A DNA stretch of 62,314 nucleotides from Gemmatimonadota bacterium (GTDB lineage Bacteria; Gemmatimonadota; Gemmatimonadetes; Gemmatimonadales; GWC2-71-9), in assembly GCA_041482275.1 (NCBI GenBank), contig JBGPDL010000006.1, positions 1 to 62,314 of the forward strand, read 5' to 3'. Below, piece by piece: positions 18,284 to 28,039 of this stretch. Positions within the stretch are counted from its first letter, which is position 1, and every line of letters begins with the position of its first letter. The notes under the pieces were generated by a model. The model saw only the letters and a program-made list of their open reading frames with translations, was not told the origin of the DNA and ran no database searches. Made by a program: the position numbers and the translations under genes.

Positions 18284-18676
18284 CTATCGCCACCCGGGGC
18301 GGAACGCGTCGGTCAAATGCTCCAACTTCCCGTCCATGATCGCAATGCAGTCGAAGCGGTAGATGTCGGCGGGCTGCCCGAACCGGTCCACCCACACGCG
18401 GGCGACTTTGACGAGCTCGCGCCGTTTGGCGCCGGTGACCGCCTCGAGCGGGCTTCCGAACGCCGTGCCGCGCCGCGTTTTCACTTCGACGAAAGTCACC
18501 AGGTCCCCTTGGCGGGCGATCAGGTCGATCTCCGCGTGGCCCACGCGAAACCGGTGTGCCACGATGTGGCACCCGCGCGACAGGAGGTAGCGGATCGCCT
18601 GCTCCTCGCCCGCAAGGCCCCGCTTGTGGCGCTCGTCCAGCCACTGCTCCGGGTCGCTGCGCAGTCCCCCCTTCAC
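18284..18676 (-). CDS. yraN: YraN (UPF0102) family protein
   Basis: [22 protein letters not shown] and RFD; start moved to GTG 18676. Confidence 0.9.
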   Translation of the reverse strand: MKGGLRSDPEQWLDERHKRGLAGEEQAIRYLLSRGCHIVAHRFRVGHAEIDLIARQGDLVTFVEVKTRRGTAFGSPLEAVTGAKRRELVKVARVWVDRFGQPADIYRFDCIAIMDGKLEHLTDAFRPGWR

Positions 18677-18739
18677 GTTGCAACCTAACGGGTCGGCCGG
18701 CGCGCGGCGTAACCGGATCGCTGCGAGCGGTGGCCATTC

Positions 18740-18840
18740 AATGCGGAATTCGCAGTGCAGAATGCGGAATGTCAGGCGAGCGTCGCTCGGCGAACGACCT
18801 CTCACGGCAATCCCGCGTTCCGCATTCCACATTCCGCATT
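18740..18840. repeat. Intergenic palindrome built from TGCGGAA heptamer arrays
   Basis: Four TGCGGAA-like units (18742-18769) face four TTCCGCA-like units (18811-18838). Confidence 0.75.
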
Positions 18841-21062
18841 CATTCCCTCCCGCCGATCTCATCCAGCTCCTCGAGGCCGACGAGCACGTCGCGCGGCTTC
18901 GATCCGTTCGCCGGGCCGAGGATGCCGGCCAGCTCCAGCTGGTCGATGATCCGGGCGGCTCGGCCGTACCCGATGCTCATGCGCCGCTGCAACAGCGACG
19001 TCGAGCCGAGCTGGTTCTGGATGCAGACTTCGGCCGCCTGCCGGAACAGGGAGTCGCGCTCGCCCGGGGTGCCCTCCTCCCCCGTCCCCCGTCCCTCCTC
19101 CCCGGCCTTCTCCGCTTCTTCCAGCGCCGTCACCTGTTCGCCGATACTCGCGCCCACGGGGGCGGCCACCTGCGCGGCGTGTGCCTGGTACCACTCCATC
19201 AGCCGCTCGGTCTCGTCGGTCGAGATGAATGCGCCCTGCACGCGCAACAGGTCGCTCTTGCCCGGCGGCAAGAACAGCATGTCGCCGTTGCCGAGCAGGG
19301 TCTCGGCGCCGTTCTGGTCGAGGATGGTGCGGCTGTCCACCTTGGCCGAGACGCGGAACGCGATGCGGCAGGGAAAGTTCGCCTTGATGAGCCCGGTGAT
19401 GACGTTCACGGAGGGACGCTGGGTCGCGAGCACCAGGTGGATGCCGATGGCCCGCGCCTTCTGCGCCAGCGTCGCGAGCGGCGTCTCGATCTCCCCCTGC
19501 ACCGTGAGTATCAGGTCCGCGAGCTCGTCCACCACGAGCACGATGTAGGGGAGGATCCCACCCGCGTACTCCCCGTCCAGCGGCAGCTCCTTCTGGATGC
19601 CGGCCTGCGTCACCAGCGTCTCGCGCGGACCCTTGAGCGGCTTCCGCTCTTCCACTTTGCGGTTGAAGTCCACGATGTTGCGCGCGTGGTTGGCGTGCAG
19701 CAGCCGGTAGCGCCGCTCCATCTCCCACCCCGCCCATTTGAGCACGCTCGCGGCCTTGTGATGGTTGGTCACCACCGGCAGCCCCAGGTGCGGCAGCGCT
19801 GCGTACATCGATAGCTCGACCATCTTCGGATCGATCATCAGCAGCTTGAGCTTGTCGGGCGGGTGCGTATAGATCAGGCTCGTGATGATCGTGTTGATAC
19901 AGACCGATTTCCCGGAGCCCGTGACGCCGGCGATCAGGAGGTGCGGCATCTTGGCCAGGTCGGCGACCACCGGCTCGCCTTCCAGGTTCTTGCCGAGGGC
20001 GATCGGCAGGGCGCGCGTCGCGCGGTGGTACTCACCGCCCTCGATCAGGTCGCGCACGTGCACCATCCGCGGCAGCGGGTTCGGCACCTCGATGCCAACG
20101 GCTGCTTTGCCGGGAATGGGCGCCACGATGCGAAGCGACGGGGCGCGCATCGCCAGTGCCAGATCGTCGGCGAGGGCGGCGATGCGACCGACCTTCACGC
20201 CCGGCCCCGGCGCCACCTCGTACTGGGTCACCACCGGCCCGACGGTGCGGCCGAGGATCGAGCCTTCGACCCGGAACGTCTGCAGTGTCTCGATGAGCTT
20301 CCGCCCCATCTGATCGATCTGCGCGAGGCCAGCGTCGCCGTCCTCCGGCGGCGCGGGCGTCAGGAGATCGATGGGGGGGATGAGGACGCCGGCCGGCACC
20401 GGCGGGGGCTTGGGCGGCGGCGTCCCTTTCGACTTGCGGGTCTTCTCAGCCAGGGAACGGGGAGCGGAGAGCGGTTCCTTCCGATCCCGTGCGACCCGGT
20501 CGTTCTCCGAGGCCGCCATCTTGGGCGTCTCCCGCTTCGGCGCCCTCGCCGCGGCGGAGGGTCCCATTCCCCGCTCCCCGCTCCCCGTTCGCAGTACCAC
20601 CAGCGGGTGCCATCCGACCGTCAGCAACCCTAGCGCCGACAGGGCGAATAGCCCCGCCAGCGTACCGCCGGCGGTCCCGATGGCCTGGTGGACGCCGTGC
20701 GCGAGCAGCGCGGGCGCCATCCCCACGAGCTTCTGCGTGGGCCCCCATGCGGCGTAGTCGGGCGGAAAGGTCGCTCCCGTCACCGTGCCGATGCCGTAGG
20801 GGATCAGCAGGATCAGCCCGGCGCCCAGCAGCGCCGCGCGGGGAGCGGACAGGCTTCCCAGACGCTCGAACGCCGCGAGCGCCCAACCGACGCCAAGCAG
20901 CGGTAGCAGCACCGATCCCACGCCCAGCACGCGCCACAAGAGCGAGCCGATCTGGTCACCCCAGCTTCCCGTGATGGGCAACCGCAGCAGGGTGAGTCCG
21001 AGAAACAACCCGACCACGAGCGCGCCGATGCCGATCAGCTCCTGGCGCACCTTCGGGTTCAT
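18840..21062 (-). CDS. ftsK: DNA translocase FtsK/SpoIIIE
   Basis: N-terminal TM helices, [28 protein letters not shown], gamma domain LLQRRMSIGYGRAARIID; ATG 21062. Confidence 0.96.
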   Translation of the reverse strand: MNPKVRQELIGIGALVVGLFLGLTLLRLPITGSWGDQIGSLLWRVLGVGSVLLPLLGVGWALAAFERLGSLSAPRAALLGAGLILLIPYGIGTVTGATFPPDYAAWGPTQKLVGMAPALLAHGVHQAIGTAGGTLAGLFALSALGLLTVGWHPLVVLRTGSGERGMGPSAAARAPKRETPKMAASENDRVARDRKEPLSAPRSLAEKTRKSKGTPPPKPPPVPAGVLIPPIDLLTPAPPEDGDAGLAQIDQMGRKLIETLQTFRVEGSILGRTVGPVVTQYEVAPGPGVKVGRIAALADDLALAMRAPSLRIVAPIPGKAAVGIEVPNPLPRMVHVRDLIEGGEYHRATRALPIALGKNLEGEPVVADLAKMPHLLIAGVTGSGKSVCINTIITSLIYTHPPDKLKLLMIDPKMVELSMYAALPHLGLPVVTNHHKAASVLKWAGWEMERRYRLLHANHARNIVDFNRKVEERKPLKGPRETLVTQAGIQKELPLDGEYAGGILPYIVLVVDELADLILTVQGEIETPLATLAQKARAIGIHLVLATQRPSVNVITGLIKANFPCRIAFRVSAKVDSRTILDQNGAETLLGNGDMLFLPPGKSDLLRVQGAFISTDETERLMEWYQAHAAQVAAPVGASIGEQVTALEEAEKAGEEGRGTGEEGTPGERDSLFRQAAEVCIQNQLGSTSLLQRRMSIGYGRAARIIDQLELAGILGPANGSKPRDVLVGLEELDEIGGRE

Positions 21063-21778
21063 GTGATGCGGCGGTCCGCGTAGCTGGGCACGACGTCGAA
21101 GCGGTCCGGCCGGGCGGCGAACGCGACGTCGGCCGCAAGATCGACCTCGGCGAGCTGGCGCGCGGCCTCCGACTCTTCCAGGGCCTCCAACCATCCCGCG
21201 AACTCGGCTGTGAGGGCGACGGCGGCCCGGGCGGCGTCGTTGAGCACGACCTTACGGATGCCCCGCTTCACGGCCTTGATGAGCCGGCCGGCCGTATAGC
21301 CGTCCTCCGCCGCAAACTGCCTTTCCCGCCCGGCGCACACGATGACAAGATCGCCGCGCTCAGCCAGGATCGTCCGCGCCCGCGCGGCCAACGCCTTGAA
21401 GTTCGCCGGGGCGCCCACCAGCACCGGGTCGCCTCCCTGTGCCGCCACGAGGGCCGGTGTGCCGTTGGTCGTCGCGAGCACGATGGTCTTGCCCGCGACC
21501 GCCGCCGCGGTCATCTCGCGCGGCGAATTGCCCAGCGCGAACCCTTCGATCTTCACGCTCTTGCGCTCGCCCGCCAGGAGCACCCCGTCCTTCTCGAGGT
21601 TCGACGCCAGCCGGACCGCTTCCTCCGAGCTGGCGGCCGGAATCACCGCCTTGGCGCCGTTCGCGAGCGCCGTGATGACAGTGGTGGTCGCGCGCAGCGC
21701 GTCGATCACGACGACGCCGCGGCCGGCCAGATCTCCCGCGACGAAGCCGAGCGGCGTGAAGTGGACGTCGATCTTCAT
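21059..21778 (-). CDS. comB: 2-phosphosulfolactate phosphatase family protein
   Basis: [17 protein letters not shown] and TTNGT. Confidence 0.88.
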   Translation of the reverse strand: MKIDVHFTPLGFVAGDLAGRGVVVIDALRATTTVITALANGAKAVIPAASSEEAVRLASNLEKDGVLLAGERKSVKIEGFALGNSPREMTAAAVAGKTIVLATTNGTPALVAAQGGDPVLVGAPANFKALAARARTILAERGDLVIVCAGRERQFAAEDGYTAGRLIKAVKRGIRKVVLNDAARAAVALTAEFAGWLEALEESEAARQLAEVDLAADVAFAARPDRFDVVPSYADRRIT

Positions 21779-23133
21779 GCGGGTGGCTGCAACAGCTGGG
21801 GCTCGCGCTCGAGGAACTTGGTGTCCACGCGGCCGGCGATGAAGTCGGGATGGCGCATGACCCGACTGAGAAACGGGATGGTCGTGGTCACGCCTTCAAT
21901 GATAAACGAGTCGAGCGACTGTCGCATGCGGGCGAGCGCCTCCGCGCGGCTGTTACCGTGCACGATCAGCTTGGCGAGCAGGGAGTCGTAGTACGGCGGC
22001 ACCGTGTACCCGGCGTAGATGTGCGTGTCGACCCGGACGCCGGGGCCTCCCGGCGGGTGGTACACGGTGATCGTGCCGGGGCTCGGTTGAAAGTTCCGGG
22101 ACGGGTCCTCCGCGTTCACGCGACACTCGATGGCGTGGCCGCGCAGCCGGTTGCCGTTCATCACGAACGAGAGCGGCTCCCCCGCAGCCACCCGGATCTG
22201 CTCCTTCACGAGATCGAAGTTGGTGCACATCTCGGTGACGGGGTGCTCCACCTGGATTCGGGTGTTCATTTCCATGAAGTAGAAGGAGCCGTCCTCGTCG
22301 AGCAGGAACTCGATCGTCCCCGCCCCGACGTATCCGATGGACTCCGCGAGCCGGACGGCCGCGTCGCCGATGTCTTGCCGCAGTGTATTGTCCACGGCGG
22401 GGCTGGGGGCTTCCTCGATCAGCTTCTGGTGGCGGCGCTGCACCGAGCAGTCGCGCTCGCACAGGTGCATCACCCGCCCGTGGGTGTCGCCCATGATCTG
22501 GATCTCGATGTGGCGCGGCCGCGCGAGGTACTTCTCGAGGTACACGCCGTCCGACCCGAACGCGGCGAGGGCTTCCTGCTTGGCGAGCGAGAAGCTCTGA
22601 GCGAACTGCTCGTCGTCCTGCGCCACCCGCATGCCCTTCCCGCCGCCCCCCGCCGCCGCCTTGATGATCACGGGAAAGCCGATTTTCTGGGCGATCTTGA
22701 GCCCCGACTCCACGTCGTCCACGGGGCCGGGGGAACCGGGGACCGTGGGCACCTTGAGCTTCTGCGCCAGCTTCCGCGCCGCAGCCTTGTCGCCCATCTG
22801 CCGGATCTGCTCGCCGGTCGGACCCACGAAGGTGATGTTCGAGGTGCGCACGATATCGGCGAACTCGGCGTTCTCGGCCAGGAAGCCGTACCCCGGGTGA
22901 ATCGCGTCCGCCCCGGTGATTTCCGCGGCGGCGATGATGCGCGGGATGTTCAGATAGCTGTCGCGGGAGGGAGCGCGCCCGATGCACACGTCGTCGTCGG
23001 CAAAGCGCGTGTGCAGGCTGTCCCGGTCGGCCTCCGAGTACACGGCGACCGTCGAGATGTCGAGCTCCTTGCACGCGCGGATCACCCGCAGGGCGATCTC
23101 CCCGCGGTTCGCGACCAGCACCTTCTTGAACAT
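21775..23133 (-). CDS. accC: Acetyl-CoA carboxylase biotin carboxylase subunit
   Basis: [24 protein letters not shown] and [10 protein letters not shown]. Confidence 0.97.
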   Translation of the reverse strand: MFKKVLVANRGEIALRVIRACKELDISTVAVYSEADRDSLHTRFADDDVCIGRAPSRDSYLNIPRIIAAAEITGADAIHPGYGFLAENAEFADIVRTSNITFVGPTGEQIRQMGDKAAARKLAQKLKVPTVPGSPGPVDDVESGLKIAQKIGFPVIIKAAAGGGGKGMRVAQDDEQFAQSFSLAKQEALAAFGSDGVYLEKYLARPRHIEIQIMGDTHGRVMHLCERDCSVQRRHQKLIEEAPSPAVDNTLRQDIGDAAVRLAESIGYVGAGTIEFLLDEDGSFYFMEMNTRIQVEHPVTEMCTNFDLVKEQIRVAAGEPLSFVMNGNRLRGHAIECRVNAEDPSRNFQPSPGTITVYHPPGGPGVRVDTHIYAGYTVPPYYDSLLAKLIVHGNSRAEALARMRQSLDSFIIEGVTTTIPFLSRVMRHPDFIAGRVDTKFLEREPQLLQPPA

Positions 23134-24299
23134 CAGGGCGTGATTTCGTCGTGCAGCCCGGCCGGGGCCGTGCTGCCGCCGAACGCCTGGCTCTCGCCCG
23201 AGTCCACGCCCGACACTTTCAGCGCGAACTCGCTCGGGTTCGTGGCGTAGAAGATCGCGCTCTCGTAGCTCACCATCCCCTGTTCGTACCAGTAGAACAG
23301 CGACTGGTCGAAGCTCTGCATGCCGTATTGCACCGAGCCTTGCGCGATCAAGTCGGGAATGCTGAGCGACTTCGTGAGATCGCGCATGTTCTCCTGGACC
23401 GCCGCGGTATTGATCAGCACCTCGGCCGCGGGCACCCGCCCCTTGCCGTCCTTGCGCGGCACCAGGCGCAGCGACACGATCGTCTGCAGCGCGGTCGACA
23501 GGAGGTGACGGACCTCATCGTGCTGATGCGGGGGAAAGAACGAGATCACGCGCGTGATCGTCTGCGTCGCGTCGGTCGTGTGCAACGTCGAAAACACCAG
23601 GTGCCCGGTGTCCGCCGCCTTGAGCGCGGTGTCGAGCGTCTCCATGTCCCGGATCTCGCCGATCAGGATCACGTCGGGTGCCTGCCGCAGCACATGGCGC
23701 AGGGCCGCGTTGAACGAGAGCGTGTCGTTGCCCACCTCGCGCTGCGAGATGTTCGCCAGGTTGTCGCGATGGAGGAACTCGATGGGATCCTCGATCGTGA
23801 TGATGTTGACGCGCCGGTTCGTGTTGATGTGGTTGATCAGCGCCGCCAGCGCCGTGGACTTTCCCGACCCCGTCACCCCGGTCACCAGCACCAGCCCGCG
23901 CGGCCGCAGCGCGATCTCCTCGAGCACGGCCGGGAGGTTCAGGTCGCGGATCGTCTTCACTTCGTAGGGAATCGCCCGGAAGGCAAACGCCACGGTGCCG
24001 CGCTGTTGGTAGACGTTGGTGCGGAACCGTCCCACCCCCGGTACCCCGATCGCGAAATCCGCCTCCTTGTGCTCGGCGAACTCCTTCACCTGACGCGGGG
24101 TCATGATCTGCTCGGCGAGCGACTTCAGCTCCTCCGGCTTCAAAGGCGTCGTATCGAGCGTCACCAACTCGCCGTTCACTCGGATGGTCGCCGGCCGGCC
24201 CACTTTGAGGAGCAGGTCCGAAGCGTTGCGCTGGACCATCTGCGTGATGGCCCCCTTGAAGTTGAAGGTCGCTTGGCCGGTCTGGGGAGCTTCAGCCAT
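23133..24299 (-). CDS. PilT/PilU family type IV pilus retraction ATPase
   Basis: [25 protein letters not shown] and [10 protein letters not shown]. Confidence 0.92.
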   Translation of the reverse strand: MAEAPQTGQATFNFKGAITQMVQRNASDLLLKVGRPATIRVNGELVTLDTTPLKPEELKSLAEQIMTPRQVKEFAEHKEADFAIGVPGVGRFRTNVYQQRGTVAFAFRAIPYEVKTIRDLNLPAVLEEIALRPRGLVLVTGVTGSGKSTALAALINHINTNRRVNIITIEDPIEFLHRDNLANISQREVGNDTLSFNAALRHVLRQAPDVILIGEIRDMETLDTALKAADTGHLVFSTLHTTDATQTITRVISFFPPHQHDEVRHLLSTALQTIVSLRLVPRKDGKGRVPAAEVLINTAAVQENMRDLTKSLSIPDLIAQGSVQYGMQSFDQSLFYWYEQGMVSYESAIFYATNPSEFALKVSGVDSGESQAFGGSTAPAGLHDEITP

Positions 24300-24768
24300 G
24301 GGGGTCCACCCGGAAGAGGGGCTGTCCGAACTCCACGGGCTGCGCGTTCTCCACCAGGACTTCCCGCGCCACCCCGGCGACCTCGGACTCGATCTCGTTC
24401 ATGATTTTCATCGCTTCGATGATGCACACCACCTGCCCGGTCGCGACCCGGGAGCCCGCCTTGACGTACGGTTCGGCGCCGGGCTCGGGGGCGGAGTAGA
24501 ACGTCCCGACCATGGGTGATTTGATCTCGACCAGATGGGACGGGGAAGCGGCCGGCGGCGCCGCCCCGGCGGCAAGGGCGTGCGGCCCCGGAAACTGTGC
24601 CTGAGCCACCACCACCTGCCCTCCACCCCCGGCGTTCGCGACCACCCCGGCTTTCGACACCCGAACGGACGACCAGGCCCCGAACAGGCCCCGGCGCACC
24701 TCGATGGCCCCAAGCTCGGGCGCGTCCTTCAGGATCTGCACCAACTGCGCGATGATATCGAGCTTCAT
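24292..24768 (-). CDS. accB: Biotin carboxyl carrier protein
   Basis: SPMVGTFY and EAMKIMNEI biotinylation motif; ATG 24768. Confidence 0.95.
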   Translation of the reverse strand: MKLDIIAQLVQILKDAPELGAIEVRRGLFGAWSSVRVSKAGVVANAGGGGQVVVAQAQFPGPHALAAGAAPPAASPSHLVEIKSPMVGTFYSAPEPGAEPYVKAGSRVATGQVVCIIEAMKIMNEIESEVAGVAREVLVENAQPVEFGQPLFRVDPHG

Positions 24769-24779
24769 GGGTCCCAAAG

Positions 24780-25880
24780 TTACACGAGCTCCACGAGGTC
24801 CGTCAGCCCGTCGGAGAGCAGCTCCGCCGGCCTGCCGTCCGGCGCCAGGTGAACGTCGTCCTCGATGCGCACGCCGCCCTCGCCCGCGAGGTACACGCCG
24901 GGCTCGATCGTCACCACCGCGCCCGCGGGAAGCGCATCGAGGTTGATCTTGGAGAGTCGGGGTGCCTCGTGAACCTCGAGCCCGAGCCCGTGGCCGAGCG
25001 AGTGACCGAACGCCTCACCGAAGCCGCGCGCGGCGATCGGGTCGCGCGCCAGCGCGTCCGCATCCCGCCCGCTCATCCCTGCATACACACCGCTGCGGGC
25101 CCGCCGCTGCGCCTCGTGCACCAGGCCGTACAGCACGCGCTGCCGATCGCTGGCCCGGGCGCCCACGACCACGGTGCGCGTGATGTCCGCGCAATAGCCG
25201 TCCACCTGAGCCCCGAAGTCTAGCAGCAGCCATTCGCCCGCCGCCACCGTCCGCGCGGTCGACCGCGCGTGGGGCAGCGCGCTCCGTGGTCCGGACGCCA
25301 CGATCGTAGCAAACGGATGTCCCTCGCTGCCCAGTCGTCGCAACGTGCCCTCGAGCGTCCCCGCGATGGCGAGCTCGGTCATGCCGGGCCGCACCTGGAC
25401 GAGCGTCTGTCGCAGCGCTTCACCGGCGAGCAGCGCCGCACTCCGGATCGCCGCGACCTCGCCCGCGTCCTTCGCCGCGCGCAGCCGCTCCACCAGCTCC
25501 GTCGTCGCTCGCCAGCGCCACGCCTTCCCGGCGTCGGCGAACCGCCGCGCTTCGTGCACCGACAGGGCGTGCGCCTCGTAGCCGAGTTCGGACAACGGGC
25601 CGAGCGTGGCCAGCTCCTTGAAGAACCGGTCCCACACGCTCGTGCTCTCGACTTCGACTCGCGCCACGGCACCCGCCTCGGCGCGCGCCTGCTCGTCGTA
25701 ACGGAAATCCGTCACGAGCAGGACATCCGCTCGGGTGACCGCGACCAGCGCCGCCGAGCCCGAGAACCCCGTCAGGTACCGGATGTTGGCGCGGGACGAG
25801 ACGAGCAACCCGTCCAACGCTTCCGCTTCCAGCGCCCGCACCAGCGCTTCTTGGCGCGCCCGCCGCCGGTCAGGCGCCAT
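24780..25880 (-). CDS. Xaa-Pro peptidase (M24 family)
   Basis: [28 protein letters not shown] and RIEDD; ATG 25880. Confidence 0.93.
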   Translation of the reverse strand: MAPDRRRARQEALVRALEAEALDGLLVSSRANIRYLTGFSGSAALVAVTRADVLLVTDFRYDEQARAEAGAVARVEVESTSVWDRFFKELATLGPLSELGYEAHALSVHEARRFADAGKAWRWRATTELVERLRAAKDAGEVAAIRSAALLAGEALRQTLVQVRPGMTELAIAGTLEGTLRRLGSEGHPFATIVASGPRSALPHARSTARTVAAGEWLLLDFGAQVDGYCADITRTVVVGARASDRQRVLYGLVHEAQRRARSGVYAGMSGRDADALARDPIAARGFGEAFGHSLGHGLGLEVHEAPRLSKINLDALPAGAVVTIEPGVYLAGEGGVRIEDDVHLAPDGRPAELLSDGLTDLVELV

Positions 25881-26316
25881 GGCGGGCCTGGAGATAGCCA
25901 ACCAGGCCCTCGAGTCCCAGCCGGTAACTCTCGGCGCCAAATCCGGTCACCAGGCCCAGCGCCGCGTCCGCGAGGACTGAATGGCGCCGCTCCGGCTCGC
26001 GGGCGAAGATGTTCGACAGATGGACTTCGACAAAAGGCACGCGCACCGCGAGCAGCGCGTCCCGCACCGCCAAGCTCGTGTGCGTGAACGCGGCGGCGTT
26101 GATCACCAGTCCGTCCGCCTTCCCCTGGAGTCGCTGGATCGCATCCACCAGCTCGCCCTCGTGATTGGTCTGCGTCCACGACAGCTCGACGCCGAGCCCC
26201 CGCGCCCGCTCGCGGGTACGCGCTTCGATCTCGGCGAGGGTGGTCCGGCCGTACAGCTCCGGCTCACGCTCGCCCAGCAGATTCAGGTTCGGGCCGTTCA
26301 ACACGGCGATGTGCAC
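25870..26316 (-). CDS. aroQ: Type II 3-dehydroquinate dehydratase
   Basis: NGPNLNLLGEREPELYG, THTS and EVHLSN; GTG 26316. Confidence 0.95.
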   Translation of the reverse strand: MHIAVLNGPNLNLLGEREPELYGRTTLAEIEARTRERARGLGVELSWTQTNHEGELVDAIQRLQGKADGLVINAAAFTHTSLAVRDALLAVRVPFVEVHLSNIFAREPERRHSVLADAALGLVTGFGAESYRLGLEGLVGYLQARHGA

Positions 26317-27890
26317 TAGGACTTGAGGCCTTTGAGCCAGGATTGGAACTGGTCGAGGTCGCCCTCGTCTTCCACCGGCGGTAGCAGCTTTGCGCCGGAG
26401 GTGCGGTTCGGCGCCTTGGGTGGGGCGCCGCTCCCTCCGGCCGAGCCGCCGCCCGCCCCGGCCTCGGGTCCCGGGCTGAAGAACTGGTCGAACGAGAACC
26501 CCCCGCTCGCGGGGGGAGCGGCGGCCGGCTCGGCAGCGTGCCCCGCCGGTGCCTCCGCCGCCGGCAGCGAGCTGTGCACGCCCTCGTCGCCGAACACTTC
26601 GTCGAGCGATATGCTGTCGGCCGCAAGGCGAGTCGCCTCGCCCGGCGCGTCGATCCCGGGCTCGGGCTCCGCATCCACGGCGGTCGCCGCGAACGCGCCG
26701 TCGAGCGGCGACCCACCGGATGGCGGCGGCTCGGCCGCCGGCGCCCCGGGCCGCCCCGCCAGAATCCTCCGGAGAAACGCCTGAACCGACTCTCCCGTCC
26801 CGCCGCCCGTCAGTGCGTCGACCCGCGCGCGCAGCCGGGCATCGCCGGGCCGCTGCGCCAGCAGCGCGTGGTATACGCGCAGCGCGTCGTCCTGGTGGCC
26901 CTGCCGGAGATACAGCTCTGCCATCGTTTCGGTGAGCACCGGCTCGGCGCGCGACAGCGCGGCCGTATCGGCCGCCCCGTCGTCGTCCGAGAGCGCGACC
27001 GCGGCGGGCGGTGGGGTCGGCGCTGGAGCCGCTGGAGCCGGCGGCGCGAACGGCGGGCCCACATCGTCCGGCATGATCAGCGGCAGGTCCACTGTCGGGA
27101 GCTCGTCGTCCGGCCCCGTGGCCTCGAGCGGCCCGGCGAACAGCGCGCTCTCGTATTGCGATTGCGCCAGCCCCTCGACCACCAGGTCCTGCGCCTCCAG
27201 CTCGACTTGTTCCTGCACCTCGAGCCCGTCCGCCCGGGCCGCGTCGTGCGCCACCGCGTTGAAGTCGAGCGTACCGTCGAACGTCTCGATGTCCGCCGGT
27301 GCCCCCTTCACGTGGAGAGGGGGCACGGTGGGACCTTCCGAAGCGTGTTCGATCACGAAGTCGGCTTGTGCGGCCTGCGGCGGCGGGGGCGGGGGCGGCG
27401 CCGGCGGCACAGCGGGCATGGGAGACAGCGTTTGCACCGGAGCGGGCACCATCCGCACCACGGGCTCCGGCGCGGCAGCCTGAGCCGCCTTGACCTTGGC
27501 CCGCGCCAGCGCCTCGGCGGCATCCCCGTTCATGGGATCGGCGTTCAGCAGCCTGCCGAACCACTCCACCGCTTCGTCGAAGCGGCCGCCCCGCTCGGCG
27601 ATGTCGGCCAGAATCTTGAGCGCCAGCACGTTCTCCGGATCGAGCGCGAGCACTTTCCGGAATACCTCGGACGCGCCGGCATCGTTCTTCTGATCGATCA
27701 GGCAGCGCGCGTACACGATGTGCGCGCTGACGTAGTCGGGGTGCCGCTCCAGGCCGGCCTTGCACAGGTCGATAGCCCTATCTACTTCTCCCGCCTTACG
27801 ATAGGCATCGGCCAGGGGGGCAAAGTTGCGTCCCTTGGGGTTCTCCAACCACCGCTTTTCCAGCTTTTCTATTTCGCTAGTGTAGGCCAC
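26316..27890 (-). CDS. Tetratricopeptide repeat protein with acidic/Pro-rich linker
   Basis: N-terminal TPRs (FAPLADAYRKAG), TETMAELYLRQG and C-terminal DLDQFQSWLKGLK. Confidence 0.85.
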   Translation of the reverse strand: MAYTSEIEKLEKRWLENPKGRNFAPLADAYRKAGEVDRAIDLCKAGLERHPDYVSAHIVYARCLIDQKNDAGASEVFRKVLALDPENVLALKILADIAERGGRFDEAVEWFGRLLNADPMNGDAAEALARAKVKAAQAAAPEPVVRMVPAPVQTLSPMPAVPPAPPPPPPPQAAQADFVIEHASEGPTVPPLHVKGAPADIETFDGTLDFNAVAHDAARADGLEVQEQVELEAQDLVVEGLAQSQYESALFAGPLEATGPDDELPTVDLPLIMPDDVGPPFAPPAPAAPAPTPPPAAVALSDDDGAADTAALSRAEPVLTETMAELYLRQGHQDDALRVYHALLAQRPGDARLRARVDALTGGGTGESVQAFLRRILAGRPGAPAAEPPPSGGSPLDGAFAATAVDAEPEPGIDAPGEATRLAADSISLDEVFGDEGVHSSLPAAEAPAGHAAEPAAAPPASGGFSFDQFFSPGPEAGAGGGSAGGSGAPPKAPNRTSGAKLLPPVEDEGDLDQFQSWLKGLKS

Positions 27891-27917
27891 GGGCTAAGTG
27901 GTTGGGGGAGTTGGACA

Positions 27918-27947
27918 AAGATAGTGTTTGCTCGGGCGCGCTGTCAA
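27918..27947 (-). promoter_or_regulatory. Sigma-70 promoter for the TPR-aroQ-acc-ftsK run
   Basis: TTGACA-N18-TATCTT on the minus strand. Confidence 0.7.
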
Positions 27948-27967
27948 TCTGACTCGCGCTCGCTCGC

Positions 27968-27996
27968 TTGAGTTTTCGCGTTGTCGTTTTTAGACT
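27968..27996 (+). promoter_or_regulatory. Sigma-70 promoter for the divergent ppiD-like gene
   Basis: TTGAGT-N17-TAGACT. Confidence 0.6.
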
Positions 27997-28039
27997 TATG
28001 CCCCTTCTCACCCCGTCTTCGTCGGGAGTCTGGTCCACT

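Noticed and set aside
25870-27765. Apparent large fusions in the ORF track (631-aa aroQ, 792-aa hutI, 701-aa tolB, 446-aa gmhA)
   Set aside because: The extensions are low-complexity read-through overlapping real upstream genes, unlike TatC-LptD where both halves are recognisable proteins in one frame.
27770-28000. Local drop in GC as a foreign insertion
   Set aside because: Coincides with divergent promoters and a gene 5' end.
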